This document shows, piece after piece, positions 8,754-20,100 of a stretch of DNA of 64,000 bases. The stretch is from an uncultured Flavobacteriales bacterium (GTDB lineage: Bacteria > Bacteroidota > Bacteroidia > AKYH767-A > 2013-40CM-41-45): positions 281,765 to 345,764 of the forward strand of contig CAZQOQ010000015.1 of assembly GCA_964595205.1 (NCBI GenBank). The letters are read 5' to 3'. The notes under the pieces were generated by a model. It saw only the letters and a program-made list of their open reading frames with translations, was not told where the DNA came from and ran no database searches. The number at the start of each line of letters is the position of its first letter. The first letter of the stretch is position 1. A program made the translations under genes and the position numbers.

Positions 8754-9608
8754 ATGTCGAAGCTGGTAAAAGAAAAAATTGCATTCTGGATATTCAGGCT
8801 TCTGAGCCTGCTTGTGCTGCTCATCTTGTTCTGGATACTGGAATTTATTTTCGTAAGAGGGTGGCATATGCTTAACCTGACGTTCCTCACTGCCATGCCG
8901 GAAGACGGAATGACGAAGGGAGGAATATACCCGGCGATCATTGGAACCATGTGCCTGGTGCTGGGGTCGATGATTGTTGCTTTCCCTCTTGGCGTGATGG
9001 CGGGAATTTACATTCATGAATACGAGCGTGACAGCTGGTACAAGCGATTTATCAAATTGATGACAAATAACCTGGCGGGCATTCCTTCGATCGTATTCGG
9101 GCTTTTTGGAATGGCCCTCTTTGTAAACACAATGGGGTTCGGAGATTCAATCATTGCTGGTTCACTTACGCTTGGATTACTTGCTCTGCCGGTCGTTATC
9201 CGTGTTACGGAAGAAGCCCTGATTGCAATCGACGATTCGTTTCGGCTCGGCAGTTATGCGCTTGGTGCCACCAAACTGCAGACGATCAGAAAGGTGATTT
9301 TACCCATCGCTTATCCGAATATCATTACAGGATTAATTTTATCGGTCGGCAGGGTTTCGGGCGAAACGGCTCCCATCCTCTTTACAGTTGCAGCGTATTT
9401 TTTACCTAAACTTCCTTCGAGTATCTTTGATCAGGTGATGGCGCTCCCCTATCATCTTTATGTAATTTCAACCTCCGGAACAAAAATACAGGAGTCGCGG
9501 GACATGGCTTATGGAACTGCGCTTGTATTGGTGTTGTTTGTATTAATTTTAAATCTGATTGCGAATGCACTGAGGAGATATTTCGGTAAAAAGGTTAAAA
9601 TGAATTAG
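8754..9608 (+). CDS. pstA: phosphate ABC transporter permease PstA
   Basis: 6-TM permease with '[18 protein letters not shown]' EAA loop. Gene order pstC-pstA-pstB. Confidence 0.85.
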   Translation: MSKLVKEKIAFWIFRLLSLLVLLILFWILEFIFVRGWHMLNLTFLTAMPEDGMTKGGIYPAIIGTMCLVLGSMIVAFPLGVMAGIYIHEYERDSWYKRFIKLMTNNLAGIPSIVFGLFGMALFVNTMGFGDSIIAGSLTLGLLALPVVIRVTEEALIAIDDSFRLGSYALGATKLQTIRKVILPIAYPNIITGLILSVGRVSGETAPILFTVAAYFLPKLPSSIFDQVMALPYHLYVISTSGTKIQESRDMAYGTALVLVLFVLILNLIANALRRYFGKKVKMN

Positions 9609-9613
9609 GTTTT

Positions 9614-10369
9614 ATGAGTAAAATAGAAACGAAAAATGTCCATCTGTATTACGGTGCATTTCATGCGCTGAAAGGCATCAGCCTTACGATGGAACAGAAT
9701 ACGGTTACCGCACTCATCGGTCCCTCGGGATGCGGTAAGTCGACCTACCTGAGATTGTTTAACAGGATGAACGATCTGATCCCCGGAATCCGTATTGAGG
9801 GCGATGTGTTGTTCGATAATAAGGACATTTACAAGTCGAAGAGTTTACGGATTGATGAACTTAGAAAAAAAATCGGAATGGTATTTCAAAAGCCAAATCC
9901 GTTTCCAAAGAGCATATTTGAAAATGTTGCCTACGGTTTGAGAGTGAACGGGCTGAACCATTCGTCTTTCGTGGAAGAGCGGGTTGAGACCTCGTTGAGA
10001 CAGGCAGCATTATGGGAAGAGGTAAAAGATAAATTGAAAAAATCGGCGTTCGAACTTTCGGGCGGACAGCAGCAAAGGCTATGTATCGCGCGCGCGCTGG
10101 CGATTGAGCCATCAGTCATATTAATGGATGAGCCGGCTTCGGCCCTCGATCCGATTTCTACAGCCAAGATCGAAGAACTTATCTATGAATTGAAGAATAA
10201 GTATACAATTATCATAGTCACTCATAATATGCAGCAGGCGGCGAGGGTGAGCGACAAGACAGCTTTCTTTTACCTTGGCGAACTTATTGAATACGACGCA
10301 ACAGATATTATTTTTACGAATCCGACAGAATCAAAAACTCAAAGTTATGTTACGGGCAGGTTCGGATAG
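9614..10369 (+). CDS. pstB: phosphate ABC transporter ATP-binding protein PstB
   Basis: Walker [10 protein letters not shown], signature LSGGQQQRL, Walker [12 protein letters not shown]. PstB-specific N-terminus '[16 protein letters not shown]'. Confidence 0.9.
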   Translation: MSKIETKNVHLYYGAFHALKGISLTMEQNTVTALIGPSGCGKSTYLRLFNRMNDLIPGIRIEGDVLFDNKDIYKSKSLRIDELRKKIGMVFQKPNPFPKSIFENVAYGLRVNGLNHSSFVEERVETSLRQAALWEEVKDKLKKSAFELSGGQQQRLCIARALAIEPSVILMDEPASALDPISTAKIEELIYELKNKYTIIIVTHNMQQAARVSDKTAFFYLGELIEYDATDIIFTNPTESKTQSYVTGRFG

Positions 10370-10445
10370 GATGATCCTTTGTTACGCATTGAACTAAATA
10401 TAAAACAAAATCATTGATACATTTAAAAAAAGCAACAGGGCGGTC

Positions 10446-11108
10446 ATGACACATCTCGATATAGAAATTAAGCGGCTGAAAGGGGAAATCCTTGAAATGT
10501 TTAACATCATTCAGCTTCAGATGAAGAAGGCGAATGAGGCGGTTTTATTGATGGATAAGGAACTTGCACGTGAGGTTAATTTCAATGAGAAGCGCGTGAA
10601 CGCACTGGAGTTAAAGATTGACAAGGACTGTGAGAATATTTTTGCATTGTTTAATCCGGTTGCAATCGATCTTCGGTTTGTTTTAGCGGCATTGAAGATC
10701 AACTATAACCTGGAGAGGATCGGAGATATTGCAGATGGCATCAGCAGGTACGTGGTGGATGCAAATAATGCATTTGACAAGGAGCTCATTGCGGTATCGA
10801 ATCTGAATGAAATGTTTGGCATGTGCATACAGATGCTGGATGATGTGAGAAAAGCATTCGATTATGAGGATTCAAAAATTGCGCGTGGAATTTTTCAGAA
10901 AGATGATTTCCTGGATGAGAAGAATGCGCAGGCAAATTCGGTGATAGAAAGCTACATTAAGAAGTCGCCCGACAAGATCGGGCAATCGCTGCAAATTATT
11001 TCCACCATCAGGAAGCTGGAGCGTACCGGAGATCAGATTAAAAATATTGCAGAAGAAATCATTTTTTACATTGAGGCAAAGGTACTGAAGCACGGAACAC
11101 CGAAATGA
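10446..11108 (+). CDS. phoU: phosphate signalling complex protein PhoU
   Basis: Two PhoU repeats with 'ERIGDIADGI' and 'LERTGDQIKNIAEEI' motifs. Directly after pstB. Confidence 0.85.
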   Translation: MTHLDIEIKRLKGEILEMFNIIQLQMKKANEAVLLMDKELAREVNFNEKRVNALELKIDKDCENIFALFNPVAIDLRFVLAALKINYNLERIGDIADGISRYVVDANNAFDKELIAVSNLNEMFGMCIQMLDDVRKAFDYEDSKIARGIFQKDDFLDEKNAQANSVIESYIKKSPDKIGQSLQIISTIRKLERTGDQIKNIAEEIIFYIEAKVLKHGTPK

Positions 11109-11216
11109 ACGGGTGTTAATCGAAGAGGGTAAATTATTTCTGAAAAACCTGCTGTTTTCTGTTTTTATTTTATTCGATTTATTTTTTGAGGTGGCCTTTT
11201 TGACTTCTAACTTCTA

Positions 11217-11251
11217 TTTTTGATTTTTGATTTTTGATTTTTGATTTTTGA
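11217..11251. repeat. heptanucleotide microsatellite (TTTTTGA)x5 flanked by TTTGACTTC direct repeats
   Basis: Read directly at 11217-11251 in the convergent phoU/pyrD intergenic region. TTTGACTTC occurs at 11199-11207 and 11262-11270. Confidence 0.8.
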
Positions 11252-11254
11252 ACT

Positions 11255-12316
11255 TTAACCTTTGACTTCACGAAGTATTTTTTTTACAAGTCCCGGACCT
11301 TCATAGATAAAACCTGTATAGATCTGAACGAGATCCGCGCCGGCATTCAGTTTTTCGATGGCATCGGCGGGTGAATGAATTCCACCTACACCGATGATTG
11401 AGAATCGGCCTTTTGCTTTTCCGGAAATGTACCTGATCACTTCTGTGGAGCGGTCTGTAAGTGGTTTGCCGCTGAGTCCGCCGGCACCTGCAGCTTCAAT
11501 TTCATTTGCGGGAGTGATTAGATTTTCTCTTGACAGAGTCGTATTGGTTGCAATAATTCCGTCAATTCCGGATTCGATAACAGCATCAATGATTTCATCG
11601 AGTTGAGAATTTTCCAGGTCGGGAGCAATCTTCAGCAGAACAGGTTTGCGGGATTTATTTCCTGAAGTTGAATGGATGATGCTTAAATCTTTATTTATTT
11701 CCTGGAGTGCTGAAAGTATTTCAGTCAGTGGCCCCTTTTCCTGAAGTGAACGGAGACCCGGTGTATTGGGAGAGCTTACGTTGACGGCAAAGTAGTCGAC
11801 ATAATTATAGAGTTCACGAAAACACATTTCATAATCGGAAAGAGCCTGGTCGTTTGGCGTGATTTTATTTTTACCGATGTTTCCGCCGACGACGAGGTTT
11901 TCCGGGCGATCCCTGAGTCGTCCGGCGAGAGCTTTTACTCCTTCGTTATTGAAACCCATCCGGTTGATGATCGCTTCGTCCCTGACGAGCCTGACGAGCC
12001 GGGGTTTATCGTTGCCTGGCTGCGGGAGCGGAGTGACGGTACCGACTTCGATAAAACCGAAACCAAGGGCGGACAATTCATGAAGAAATTTTCCGTCTTT
12101 ATCGAAGCCAGCGGCCAGACCGACCGGGTTTGGAAAATCGATTCCGAAGACCGTTCTGCGCAGTGAAGGGTCGTGCACGGTATACAATCGCCGTGTCACT
12201 GATCCGGCAAATGGCAGACTGAGCAGGAATTTCAACCACTTAAACACGCGATAGTGAACCTTCTCAGGGTCAGATAAGAACAAAACCGGGCGGATCAGCG
12301 ATTTGTAAAAATTCAC
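11255..12316 (-). CDS. pyrD: dihydroorotate dehydrogenase (quinone), class 2
   Basis: [33 protein letters not shown]..., membrane-associated N-terminal helix. 353 aa. Confidence 0.9.
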   Translation of the reverse strand: MNFYKSLIRPVLFLSDPEKVHYRVFKWLKFLLSLPFAGSVTRRLYTVHDPSLRRTVFGIDFPNPVGLAAGFDKDGKFLHELSALGFGFIEVGTVTPLPQPGNDKPRLVRLVRDEAIINRMGFNNEGVKALAGRLRDRPENLVVGGNIGKNKITPNDQALSDYEMCFRELYNYVDYFAVNVSSPNTPGLRSLQEKGPLTEILSALQEINKDLSIIHSTSGNKSRKPVLLKIAPDLENSQLDEIIDAVIESGIDGIIATNTTLSRENLITPANEIEAAGAGGLSGKPLTDRSTEVIRYISGKAKGRFSIIGVGGIHSPADAIEKLNAGADLVQIYTGFIYEGPGLVKKILREVKG

Positions 12317-12382
12317 GCGGCAAAAGTAAGCATCTGTTTATGCAATTGACAAACGGGTGTTGAAAAAATTTACCATTTATTT

Positions 12383-12419
12383 TTAGGATATCCTGAATTT
12401 AATTTTTAGGTTTGCCTAA
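12383..12419 (+). promoter_or_regulatory. two DtxR/MntR-type operator palindromes (TTAGGATATCCTGA and TTAGGTTTGCCTAA) upstream of mntR-mntH
   Basis: TTAGG-N4-CCTAA arms match the DtxR/IdeR/MntR consensus half-sites (TTAGGTTAGCCTAA). They sit 11-47 nt upstream of the mntR start. Confidence 0.55.
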
Positions 12420-12429
12420 ATTTTAATTC

Positions 12430-13098
12430 ATGTTTTTATCTTTCTCAGAAGAAAACTACCTGAAGGCTATCTATAAGTTGAAGGAGTCGGGCATCCACAA
12501 AGTGACAACGAATGGCATTTCATCTGCCGTCTCCACCTCCCCTGCTTCGGTAACCGATATGATTCAGAAGCTGGCCGAAAAGAAGCTGGTGAACTACGAA
12601 CCATACCAGGGAGTATCACTTACGCCTCAGGGAAAAAAATCGGCCATCGGTGTTATCCGGAAGCATCGTTTATGGGAATTGTTCCTGGTGGAGAAACTTG
12701 GATATAGCTGGGATGAGGTGCACGATATTGCAGAACAGCTTGAACATATTCAGTCGGAATCGCTTGTGAAGCGGCTCTATTCTTTTTTGGGTAAGCCTAA
12801 ATGGGATCCGCACGGGGATCCTATTCCGGATGAGAATGGAAATTTTCATTCAAGGAAAAACATCCCGTTGAATGTTGCCAACCTGAATGAGAAGCTCATC
12901 ATCAGCGGTGTGGTCGATCACCGGCCGGATTTTCTTCAATACCTGGATAAGAATGACCTCTCGCTTGGAAAGAAAATAATTATCAGGGAAGTGACAGCAT
13001 ACGATTCATCCATGACCATACAGGTGAACGGATCTAAAATTACAAGACACATCAGTGCCGAAGTGGCAAAAAATATTCTGGTTACTGCAGCCAAATGA
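12430..13098 (+). CDS. mntR: DtxR/MntR-family metal-dependent transcriptional repressor with C-terminal FeoA/SH3-like domain
   Basis: N-terminal wHTH 'EENYLKAIYKL...' plus the DtxR dimerisation/metal-binding region (HRLWELFLVEKLGYSWDEVHDIAEQLEH). Sits upstream of an Nramp transporter. Confidence 0.8.
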   Translation: MFLSFSEENYLKAIYKLKESGIHKVTTNGISSAVSTSPASVTDMIQKLAEKKLVNYEPYQGVSLTPQGKKSAIGVIRKHRLWELFLVEKLGYSWDEVHDIAEQLEHIQSESLVKRLYSFLGKPKWDPHGDPIPDENGNFHSRKNIPLNVANLNEKLIISGVVDHRPDFLQYLDKNDLSLGKKIIIREVTAYDSSMTIQVNGSKITRHISAEVAKNILVTAAK

Positions 13099-13129
13099 AA
13101 TATACGAATATTACAACTTTTTAAATCGA

Positions 13130-15010
13130 ATGAAGCAAAGTGAATTATCACTCCCGGAGGTGAATGCCTCTGTGGATACAACACATAAGAAATCAGGCAT
13201 TAAAAAATTCTTTGCATTTCTTGGTCCGGCCTACCTTGTAAGCGTAGGATATATGGATCCCGGAAACTGGGCTACAGACATTGCCGGCGGAAGTCAGTTT
13301 GGGTATACGCTGATCTGGGTGTTGCTGATGTCAAACATCATGGCCGTTCTCCTGCAGAGTTTTTGTGCAAGGCTGGGAATTGTGAGGGGACGCGATCTCG
13401 CGCAGGCATCGAGGGAATCATATTCGAAGCCTGTGAATATCTCTCTATACATCCTTGCCGAAATTGCCATTGCCGCCTGTGACCTTGCAGAGGTGCTTGG
13501 CATGGCGATCGGACTTCAGTTGTTATTCGGTATTCCTCTGCTGGTTGGAGTTTCCATTACCGTGCTGGATACCTTCCTCCTGCTGTTCCTCATAAACTTT
13601 GGGATACGTAAGATGGAGGCATTCATTTTAAGTATGATTGCAATCATTGGTCTTGCCTTTTTAGCAGAAATGATTTTTGCTCAGCCCGATTTGCATGAAG
13701 TGGTGAAGGGATTTGTACCGTCAATTCCAAATGAGACTGCGTTGTATATTGCAATAGGGATCATCGGCGCCACGGTGATGCCGCATAATCTATATCTTCA
13801 TTCGTCGCTTGTGCAGACGAGAAAGTTCAATCGCACATCGAAGGATATTCGCAAGGCGATCAGGTATAATATCATTGACTCGGTGATTGCACTCAATCTT
13901 GCATTCTTTGTGAATGCGGCGATCCTGGTACTTGCGGCGGCGACATTTTTCAACAAGGGCTTATATGATGTATCCGAAATTCAGGATGCGCATAAATTTC
14001 TTGCGCCTCTGCTTGGGACGGAATGGGCTTCGAAGTTTTTTGCCATTGCATTGATAGCAGCCGGGCAGAGTTCAACGATAACCGGAACTCTTGCCGGACA
14101 GATCGTCATGGAAGGTTATCTGAATTTCCGCATTGCTCCGTGGATACGAAGGCTGATCACCCGGTTGCTTGCCATCATTCCGGCACTGATAGTGATTTAT
14201 TATTTTGGTGAAAAGGCAACAGGGAAACTGCTGATTCTTTCACAGGTGATATTGAGTCTTCAACTGGGCTTTGCTATAATTCCTCTGATACATTTTGTGA
14301 GTGATAAAAACAAGATGAAGGAATTTGTAATCAATAACTATCTGAAAGTGGCGGCGTGGATATTTACGCTGATCATCGTAGGACTGAATGTGAGGCTTAT
14401 CTATGCACAGGTAAGTGAATGGATCAGCACAACTGAGAATCCGATATTCCTCTTGTTCTTTGTGTTGCCATTGATTCTGGCCGCGGGTGTTCTTTTGTTG
14501 TATATTACATTCAAGCCATTATTTTCCAGGGCAGCAAAGTTGTCGCGAGTACCACATGAGATGTATCAGCCGATTAAAAATCTTGAAGTGAATCCTTATA
14601 AGCGGATAGCAGTTGCGCTCGACTTCTCTAAACTAGATGGCGAGAATATAAGCAATGCATTGGCCCAGGGAGGCAAAAAGGCAGAGTACCTGCTGATTCA
14701 TGTAGTCGAGTCGGCGGGAGCATTGGTAATGAAAAATGAAATACGCGATTACGAATTTCATTCCGATCAGAAATATCTGCATGAATATGCGGAACAGTTG
14801 AATGCGTTGGGTTTTAATGTAGGCACTAAGATTGGTTATGGGAATCCTAAAAAAGCGATACCGTTGCTTGTTAAGGAATTCAGGGCAGATTTGCTGATCA
14901 TGGGTGCACATGGTCATAAGGGGTTTAAGGATTTCCTGTTTGGTGCAACGGTTGATGCAGTCAGGCACAGGGTTAAGATTCCCGTTCTTATCGTGAGGAA
15001 AAAGGAATAG
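13130..15010 (+). CDS. mntH: Nramp-family Mn2+/Fe2+ transporter MntH fused to a C-terminal universal stress protein (UspA) domain. Start chosen at the ATG at 13130 (the ORF track gives 13055, overlapping mntR)
   Basis: Nramp motifs 'GPAYLVSVGYMDPGNWATDIAGG', 'MPHNLYLHS' and 11-12 TM helices. The last ~140 aa 'KRIAVALDFS...LLIHVVES...DLLIMGAHGHKGFKDFLFGATVDAVRH...PVLIV' form a UspA fold. Confidence 0.85.
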   Translation: MKQSELSLPEVNASVDTTHKKSGIKKFFAFLGPAYLVSVGYMDPGNWATDIAGGSQFGYTLIWVLLMSNIMAVLLQSFCARLGIVRGRDLAQASRESYSKPVNISLYILAEIAIAACDLAEVLGMAIGLQLLFGIPLLVGVSITVLDTFLLLFLINFGIRKMEAFILSMIAIIGLAFLAEMIFAQPDLHEVVKGFVPSIPNETALYIAIGIIGATVMPHNLYLHSSLVQTRKFNRTSKDIRKAIRYNIIDSVIALNLAFFVNAAILVLAAATFFNKGLYDVSEIQDAHKFLAPLLGTEWASKFFAIALIAAGQSSTITGTLAGQIVMEGYLNFRIAPWIRRLITRLLAIIPALIVIYYFGEKATGKLLILSQVILSLQLGFAIIPLIHFVSDKNKMKEFVINNYLKVAAWIFTLIIVGLNVRLIYAQVSEWISTTENPIFLLFFVLPLILAAGVLLLYITFKPLFSRAAKLSRVPHEMYQPIKNLEVNPYKRIAVALDFSKLDGENISNALAQGGKKAEYLLIHVVESAGALVMKNEIRDYEFHSDQKYLHEYAEQLNALGFNVGTKIGYGNPKKAIPLLVKEFRADLLIMGAHGHKGFKDFLFGATVDAVRHRVKIPVLIVRKKE

Positions 15011-15321
15011 CGTTGAAGGAATATCAACGGATAGATGAAATTTATTTTAAATAAGGTAATAAGGTAAGTGTATTCGGTGCTGATTATTGTTACTAAGGTA
15101 ATAAGGTTTTCACCCGTCAGCGCTGTAAAACTCATCTTATCGCACAAAATAAACTTCTTTAAATAGGAAATAGTTAGATTATACTTCGATAAGTCAATTT
15201 TTGTGAATTGAATTTTCATTATTACCGCTTTATGCCCAAAATTAAATTCACAAAACCTGACCGCTAAGTATATAATTACCTTTCGCTTCCCGATTCAGAA
15301 TTGAAATAGGATATTTGCAGC

Positions 15322-15768
15322 ATGGTGAAGGAACAGCAGTTGACGATTAAGAATAAAAAGGCCTCGTTTGAGTATAACTTTCTTTCCACTTACAAGGCAG
15401 GAATCATGTTGACCGGAACAGAGATAAAATCCGTTCGAGAAGGGAAGGCGAGTTTAAATGATGCATTCTGTTTATTTGTGAATGATGAGCTCTGGATACG
15501 GAACATGCATATATCCGAATACAAGCAGGGCTCATATAACAATCACGAGCCGAAACGGCCGAGAAAATTACTCTTGAATAGAATCGAACTGAACAAGCTT
15601 CAGTCGAATTTAAAAGATAAAGGGACAACCATAATCCCCATTCAGCTTTTTTTCAATGAGCGGGGAATTGCAAAGGTTGAGATTGCGCTGGCGAGGGGAA
15701 AGAAGATGTTTGACAAGAGGGAGACGATAAAGAAGCGTGATGTTGAACGGGAGCTTAGCCGGGAGTAA
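15322..15768 (+). CDS. smpB: SsrA-binding protein SmpB
   Basis: 148 aa with 'KKASFEYNFLSTYKAGIMLTGTEIKS...LLLNRIELNKL' typical of SmpB. Confidence 0.85.
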   Translation: MVKEQQLTIKNKKASFEYNFLSTYKAGIMLTGTEIKSVREGKASLNDAFCLFVNDELWIRNMHISEYKQGSYNNHEPKRPRKLLLNRIELNKLQSNLKDKGTTIIPIQLFFNERGIAKVEIALARGKKMFDKRETIKKRDVERELSRE

Positions 15769-15783
15769 TTAGCCAATATTTCG

Positions 15784-15815
15784 ATTAGCCGATTAGCCAA
15801 TTAGCCAATTAGCCG
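15784..15815. repeat. octanucleotide tandem array (R)ATTAGCC x4 (GATTAGCC GATTAGCC AATTAGCC AATTAGCC) with further TTAGCC copies at 15769 and 15825
   Basis: Read directly in the sequence. Lies immediately after the smpB stop codon. Confidence 0.8.
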
Positions 15816-15850
15816 AATATGTATTAGCCGGCAAAATTACTAAATTAAAA

Positions 15851-15884
15851 AGCCGATCAACCACAAGGGTTAATCGGCTTTTTG
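15851..15884. terminator. rho-independent (bidirectional) terminator hairpin AGCCGAT-N15-ATCGGCT followed by TTTTT
   Basis: 7-bp perfect stem plus T-run between the convergent smpB (+) and OMP (-) genes. Confidence 0.55.
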
Positions 15885-15915
15885 GTTCCCGATAGTTTCG
15901 GGAGACTAATAATTT

Positions 15916-16752
15916 TTAGAAGTAGAAGCTGAGAACGATGCTGCCGCTTCCGCCTGAATTGATGATGTTTGGAGTAACAGTGTTTCCAACACCAACATTG
16001 AAGTCAGATGATTTGTCGCCTTTTGCAGACTTTGAGCTTACAACAGGAGTTCCGGATGGAGCTTCGACTTCAGTATAAGAAACTTCAGATTCGCCAACGC
16101 TGCTGATTCCGATACCCCATGTATATTCAGCGCTGAGAGACATTTTAGGAGCGAAGAAATATTCAACGCCGATAAAACCATTAACGCCAAAACCAAAGAT
16201 GCTTCCACCTTTGATTTCAGAAACCTGAACGCTTCCGATACCACTTGTTGTAGTAAGCGATTTTAGATAAGTGTAAGTTGTGTCAGTTTCGCTTCCGAAG
16301 CCGATCATTGCTTCAGCACCGTAGTACCCTTTGAGACGGCCTTTACCGCGCCATTTTTGAATACCGGCACCGAGGGTGATGTTCATCGAGCTTGTTTTTG
16401 CTTCACTTGGAGTGAAGAGACTGTCGAAACTGTTATAAAGAGCAGTTCCGTAGGTATCAGTATGAGAGCCAAAATTAATAGCGGCTTTAGCACGGTAAGC
16501 AGTGCTTTCATCTTTTACCATTTTACCAACGATCGTCATACCATTGTTACTTGGGTAACTCATGTTTAGCGTATTGTTGGCAGTGTTGTTAAACATATTT
16601 CCAAAATAGTTTAACAATGGGGTAGCATCAAATCCAATTGACCAGTCATTAGTTTCAGGAAGAATTGGAGTGCCATTTTTAGAAGTCATTGTTTGCGCAT
16701 TAGCAAAAGCGAAAGTAGAAGCTAAAGCAGCAGTCAATAGTAGTTTTCTCAT
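15916..16752 (-). CDS. outer-membrane beta-barrel (porin/OmpA-like beta-barrel family) protein
   Basis: Signal peptide MRKLLLTAALASTFAFANAQ, Gly/aromatic-rich alternating strands, C-terminal ...IVLSFYF. Confidence 0.65.
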   Translation of the reverse strand: MRKLLLTAALASTFAFANAQTMTSKNGTPILPETNDWSIGFDATPLLNYFGNMFNNTANNTLNMSYPSNNGMTIVGKMVKDESTAYRAKAAINFGSHTDTYGTALYNSFDSLFTPSEAKTSSMNITLGAGIQKWRGKGRLKGYYGAEAMIGFGSETDTTYTYLKSLTTTSGIGSVQVSEIKGGSIFGFGVNGFIGVEYFFAPKMSLSAEYTWGIGISSVGESEVSYTEVEAPSGTPVVSSKSAKGDKSSDFNVGVGNTVTPNIINSGGSGSIVLSFYF

Positions 16753-17130
16753 TTTTTAGTGTTTTTTGGGTTTAGTTTGTAATTATGGGCGCAAATTTAG
16801 CATTGCATGAAAACATCAGTCAAGTATTTCAATTTATTTTCCAACAGACAATGTTCATACTGCTTGTAATCAGAGGAATAATTACTGTTAAATTTTATTG
16901 TACAGAAATGTGAAAAAATGCACATTAACAAGGATTCTAAATGAATTTAAGAGAATGTGATTTATAAAATGTATGCATTAAATTTTTATTAACAGGTAAA
17001 ATAACATGAAAATGAAATATTTATAATAAAATGTTAAATTATTGGAAAAAATGATTTGTTAAGTATAATTTAAATTTTTATAAATTGACCGAAATTTCAT
17101 TTAAATTTTGTTTAACCAAAACCAAACTCT

Positions 17131-20100
17131 ATGAGAAAAGCATTTACACTATTTGCGTTTTTGTTTGCATTGCTGTGCACACAAATTTATGCGCAAGAAA
17201 GATCAATTTCTGGAAAGGTTATTTCTGCAAAGGATAATCTTGGTATTCCGGGTGTCAGTGTTGTTGTTGCGGGTACAACAGTTGGAACTGTGACTGACAT
17301 TGACGGAAATTATACATTGAAATTGCCGGCTGATGCGAAAACGATTAAATTTTCTTCAGTCGGAATGAAAACCCAGAACATTGAATTAGGTGCGAACAAT
17401 GTAATGGACGTAACTATGGAGGATGATGCATTAAAACTTGATGAGGTACAGGTAACAGCTTTAGGAATTTCCCGCGAGGCAAAATCAATCGGCTATTCTA
17501 CACAACAAGTAGAAGGAGCAGCTTTAAAGAGGTCAGGTGAGGTAAACATCGTAGAAGGCCTTGGTGCTAAAGCGGCCGGAGTTCAGGTTATTGGTTCAGG
17601 CGGAACACCTGGTGCATCAAGTAAAATAATCATAAGAGGAAATTCCACTTTTACAGGAGATAATCAACCGCTGATAGTTATCGATGGTGTTCCTATTGAT
17701 AACTCAACCAATGGATCGGTAGCAGGTGATTATCCTTTCAATGCAGGACTGAATGGAGTGAATAATTCTAACCGGGCGGTTGATATAAATCCTGATGACA
17801 TTGAATCAGTCAACGTACTTAAAGGACCCGCTGCTGCTTCGCTATATGGTGGACGTGGAGGAAAGGGAGCTATCATTATAACAACCAAGAAAGGAAAACC
17901 GGTAAGTGGTCGTCCTGTAGCTGTTACTTTTTCATCATCTTATGAAGCTGCACAAGTCAGCCGACTTCCCGAGCTTCAGGAAACCTATGCACAGGGAGCC
18001 GGAGGCGGTGGACTTGTCACCAATGGTGTACAGGCTCCTGCTACATATATTGTAGGTGATCCGGGACCTGATTATGTATATGGTACTGCCGACGATGTTA
18101 GTGATGGTACTTCTGGAAGCTGGGGACCGACAATTTCATCACTCGGATTAACAGCCCATGATCACATGGATGAATATTTTGAAACAGGAAATACCTTTGT
18201 AAATGATTTATCTGTTTCGGGAGGTACTGAAAAGACATCAATGCGTTTATCGATTGGTAACACAAATCAAACCGGAGTTGTTCCCAATACAGATCTTAAA
18301 AGAACCTCTGTTAGGTTAACAGCTGATACAAAGATCAGTGAAAAAATAAGTATTTCCGGTACTGCAAATTACATCCTGACTACCGGCACTAAAGCTCAAA
18401 ATGGAAGTAATCTTTCCGGAGTAATGTTGACCCTTACCCGTGCCCCGGCCAGCTATGATTTAAAAGGAACTGGCGATGCCGGATATTTATATCCTAATGG
18501 TTTGCAGAGTCAATATTTTTCAGCCTATGATAATCCATATTGGTCAGCATATAATAATCCTTTCAGTGACGATATAAATCGCTTCCTTGGAAATTTTGCT
18601 GTGACCTATACACCTCTTGATTTTCTTACCTTCACATACAGATTGGGTACAGATGTTTACACCGATCATCGTAAACAGGTTTTTGCAGTAGGTGCACATG
18701 ATACTCCGGAACCAACTGGTGAAATATGGGAAAATGATCAGAGAAACAGAGAAATATATCATGACTTGTTTGCAACTCTAAATCACAGATTTAATGATGA
18801 CATAATTGGTAACCTTACTCTGGGAGGTAATTTAAATGAAAGGGACTATGACGATTTGTTTTCACGTGGTCGCGATCTTGGTGTTCCAAATTTTTATAGC
18901 TTGTCAAATGCAACCAATCTATATGCCAGCCAGTCATCTCAGGTTATTCGTACATCAGCGTTTTTCTTTACAGCAGATGCTTCCTATAAAAGTCTGGTTT
19001 ATCTAAACGTTACCGGAAGAAACGAATGGTCATCTACCTATGGAACAAATGTTTCAAGTGTTTTTTATCCATCAGCTAGCGGTTCATTTGTCTTCACAGA
19101 GTTACTAAAGGAAAATAAAGTTTTATCCTTTGGTAAAGTGCGGTTATCTTATGCGCAATCCGGTATTGCTCCTCCCCCATATTCATCCAAAACATATTAC
19201 TTAACTCCAATATTCACTGATGGGTTCACAGATGGTGTAAGTTTTCCTTACCTGGGACAAAATGGATTTGGTAATACAGATTTAAATATTTTGGGAAATC
19301 CGGATTTAACTCCTGAAATTTTAACCGGTACTGAAGTAGGCGCAGACTTAAGATTTTTAAATGGAAGGATCAATCTTGATGTAACTTATTACAACCAAAA
19401 AACAACGGACATTCTTGTTACAAGGCCAATTCCAGCAAGTTCTGGTTATCATTATGTTTATCAGAATGCAGGTGAGATGGTTAATAAAGGTTGGGAGATT
19501 CGTTTATCCGGAGATGCTGTTAAACTGAAGGATTTTAACTGGAACATCGAAATAAACTGGTCTCGGAATAAAAATGAAGTACTTGCTTTAGCAGAAGGTG
19601 TTGATCAGATTGATCTTGAATCTGCTTTTGAAAGTATAGGATCATTTGCTATCGTAGGTGAACCTTATGGTGTGTTTTACGCAACAAAATGGAAAAGAAG
19701 TCCGGATGGTCAAATAATAGTCGGTTCTAATGGCAGACCAATTGTCGATGACCTGAAAGGAAATGTAGGTAATCCTTATCCTGATTGGATGGCCGGTATC
19801 GGCAACACTTTTACCTATAAAAATTTCAGTTTATATGCTTTGCTTGATATACGTGAAGGTGGTGATCTTTGGAATGGTACAATTGCCAGGTTACATCGTT
19901 TAGGAAGAACTGAGGAGTCAGCCGACAGATCACACAATTACATAGTTCCCGGTGTAGTTCAGAATCCTGATGGTACTTTTTCACCCAATACAACTGAAAT
20001 TTCTGCCTTTGACTATTATAACAGATATCTTGGTGATAATGGTGCTGCAACAGAGCAGGCAATTTATGATGGATCATGGGTAAGACTCAGAGAAGTTACC

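Noticed and set aside
13055-13129. Upstream extension of mntH (ORF track start 13055) overlapping the mntR 3' end
   Set aside because: The extension (MPKWQKIFWLLQPNEIYEYYNFLNR) is not Nramp-like and overlaps mntR in another frame. The ATG at 13130 gives a normal Nramp N-terminus.
14914-15219. 101-aa minus-strand ORF spanning the mntH-usp 3' end and the intergenic region
   Set aside because: Low-complexity translation. It overlaps the Usp domain of mntH and an AT-rich spacer. No motif.
11217-15830. Possibility that the TTTTTGA and TTAGCC tandem arrays are CRISPR arrays
   Set aside because: The units are 7-8 nt with no spacers. CRISPR needs ~25-45-nt repeats separated by unique spacers, and there are no cas genes in the window.
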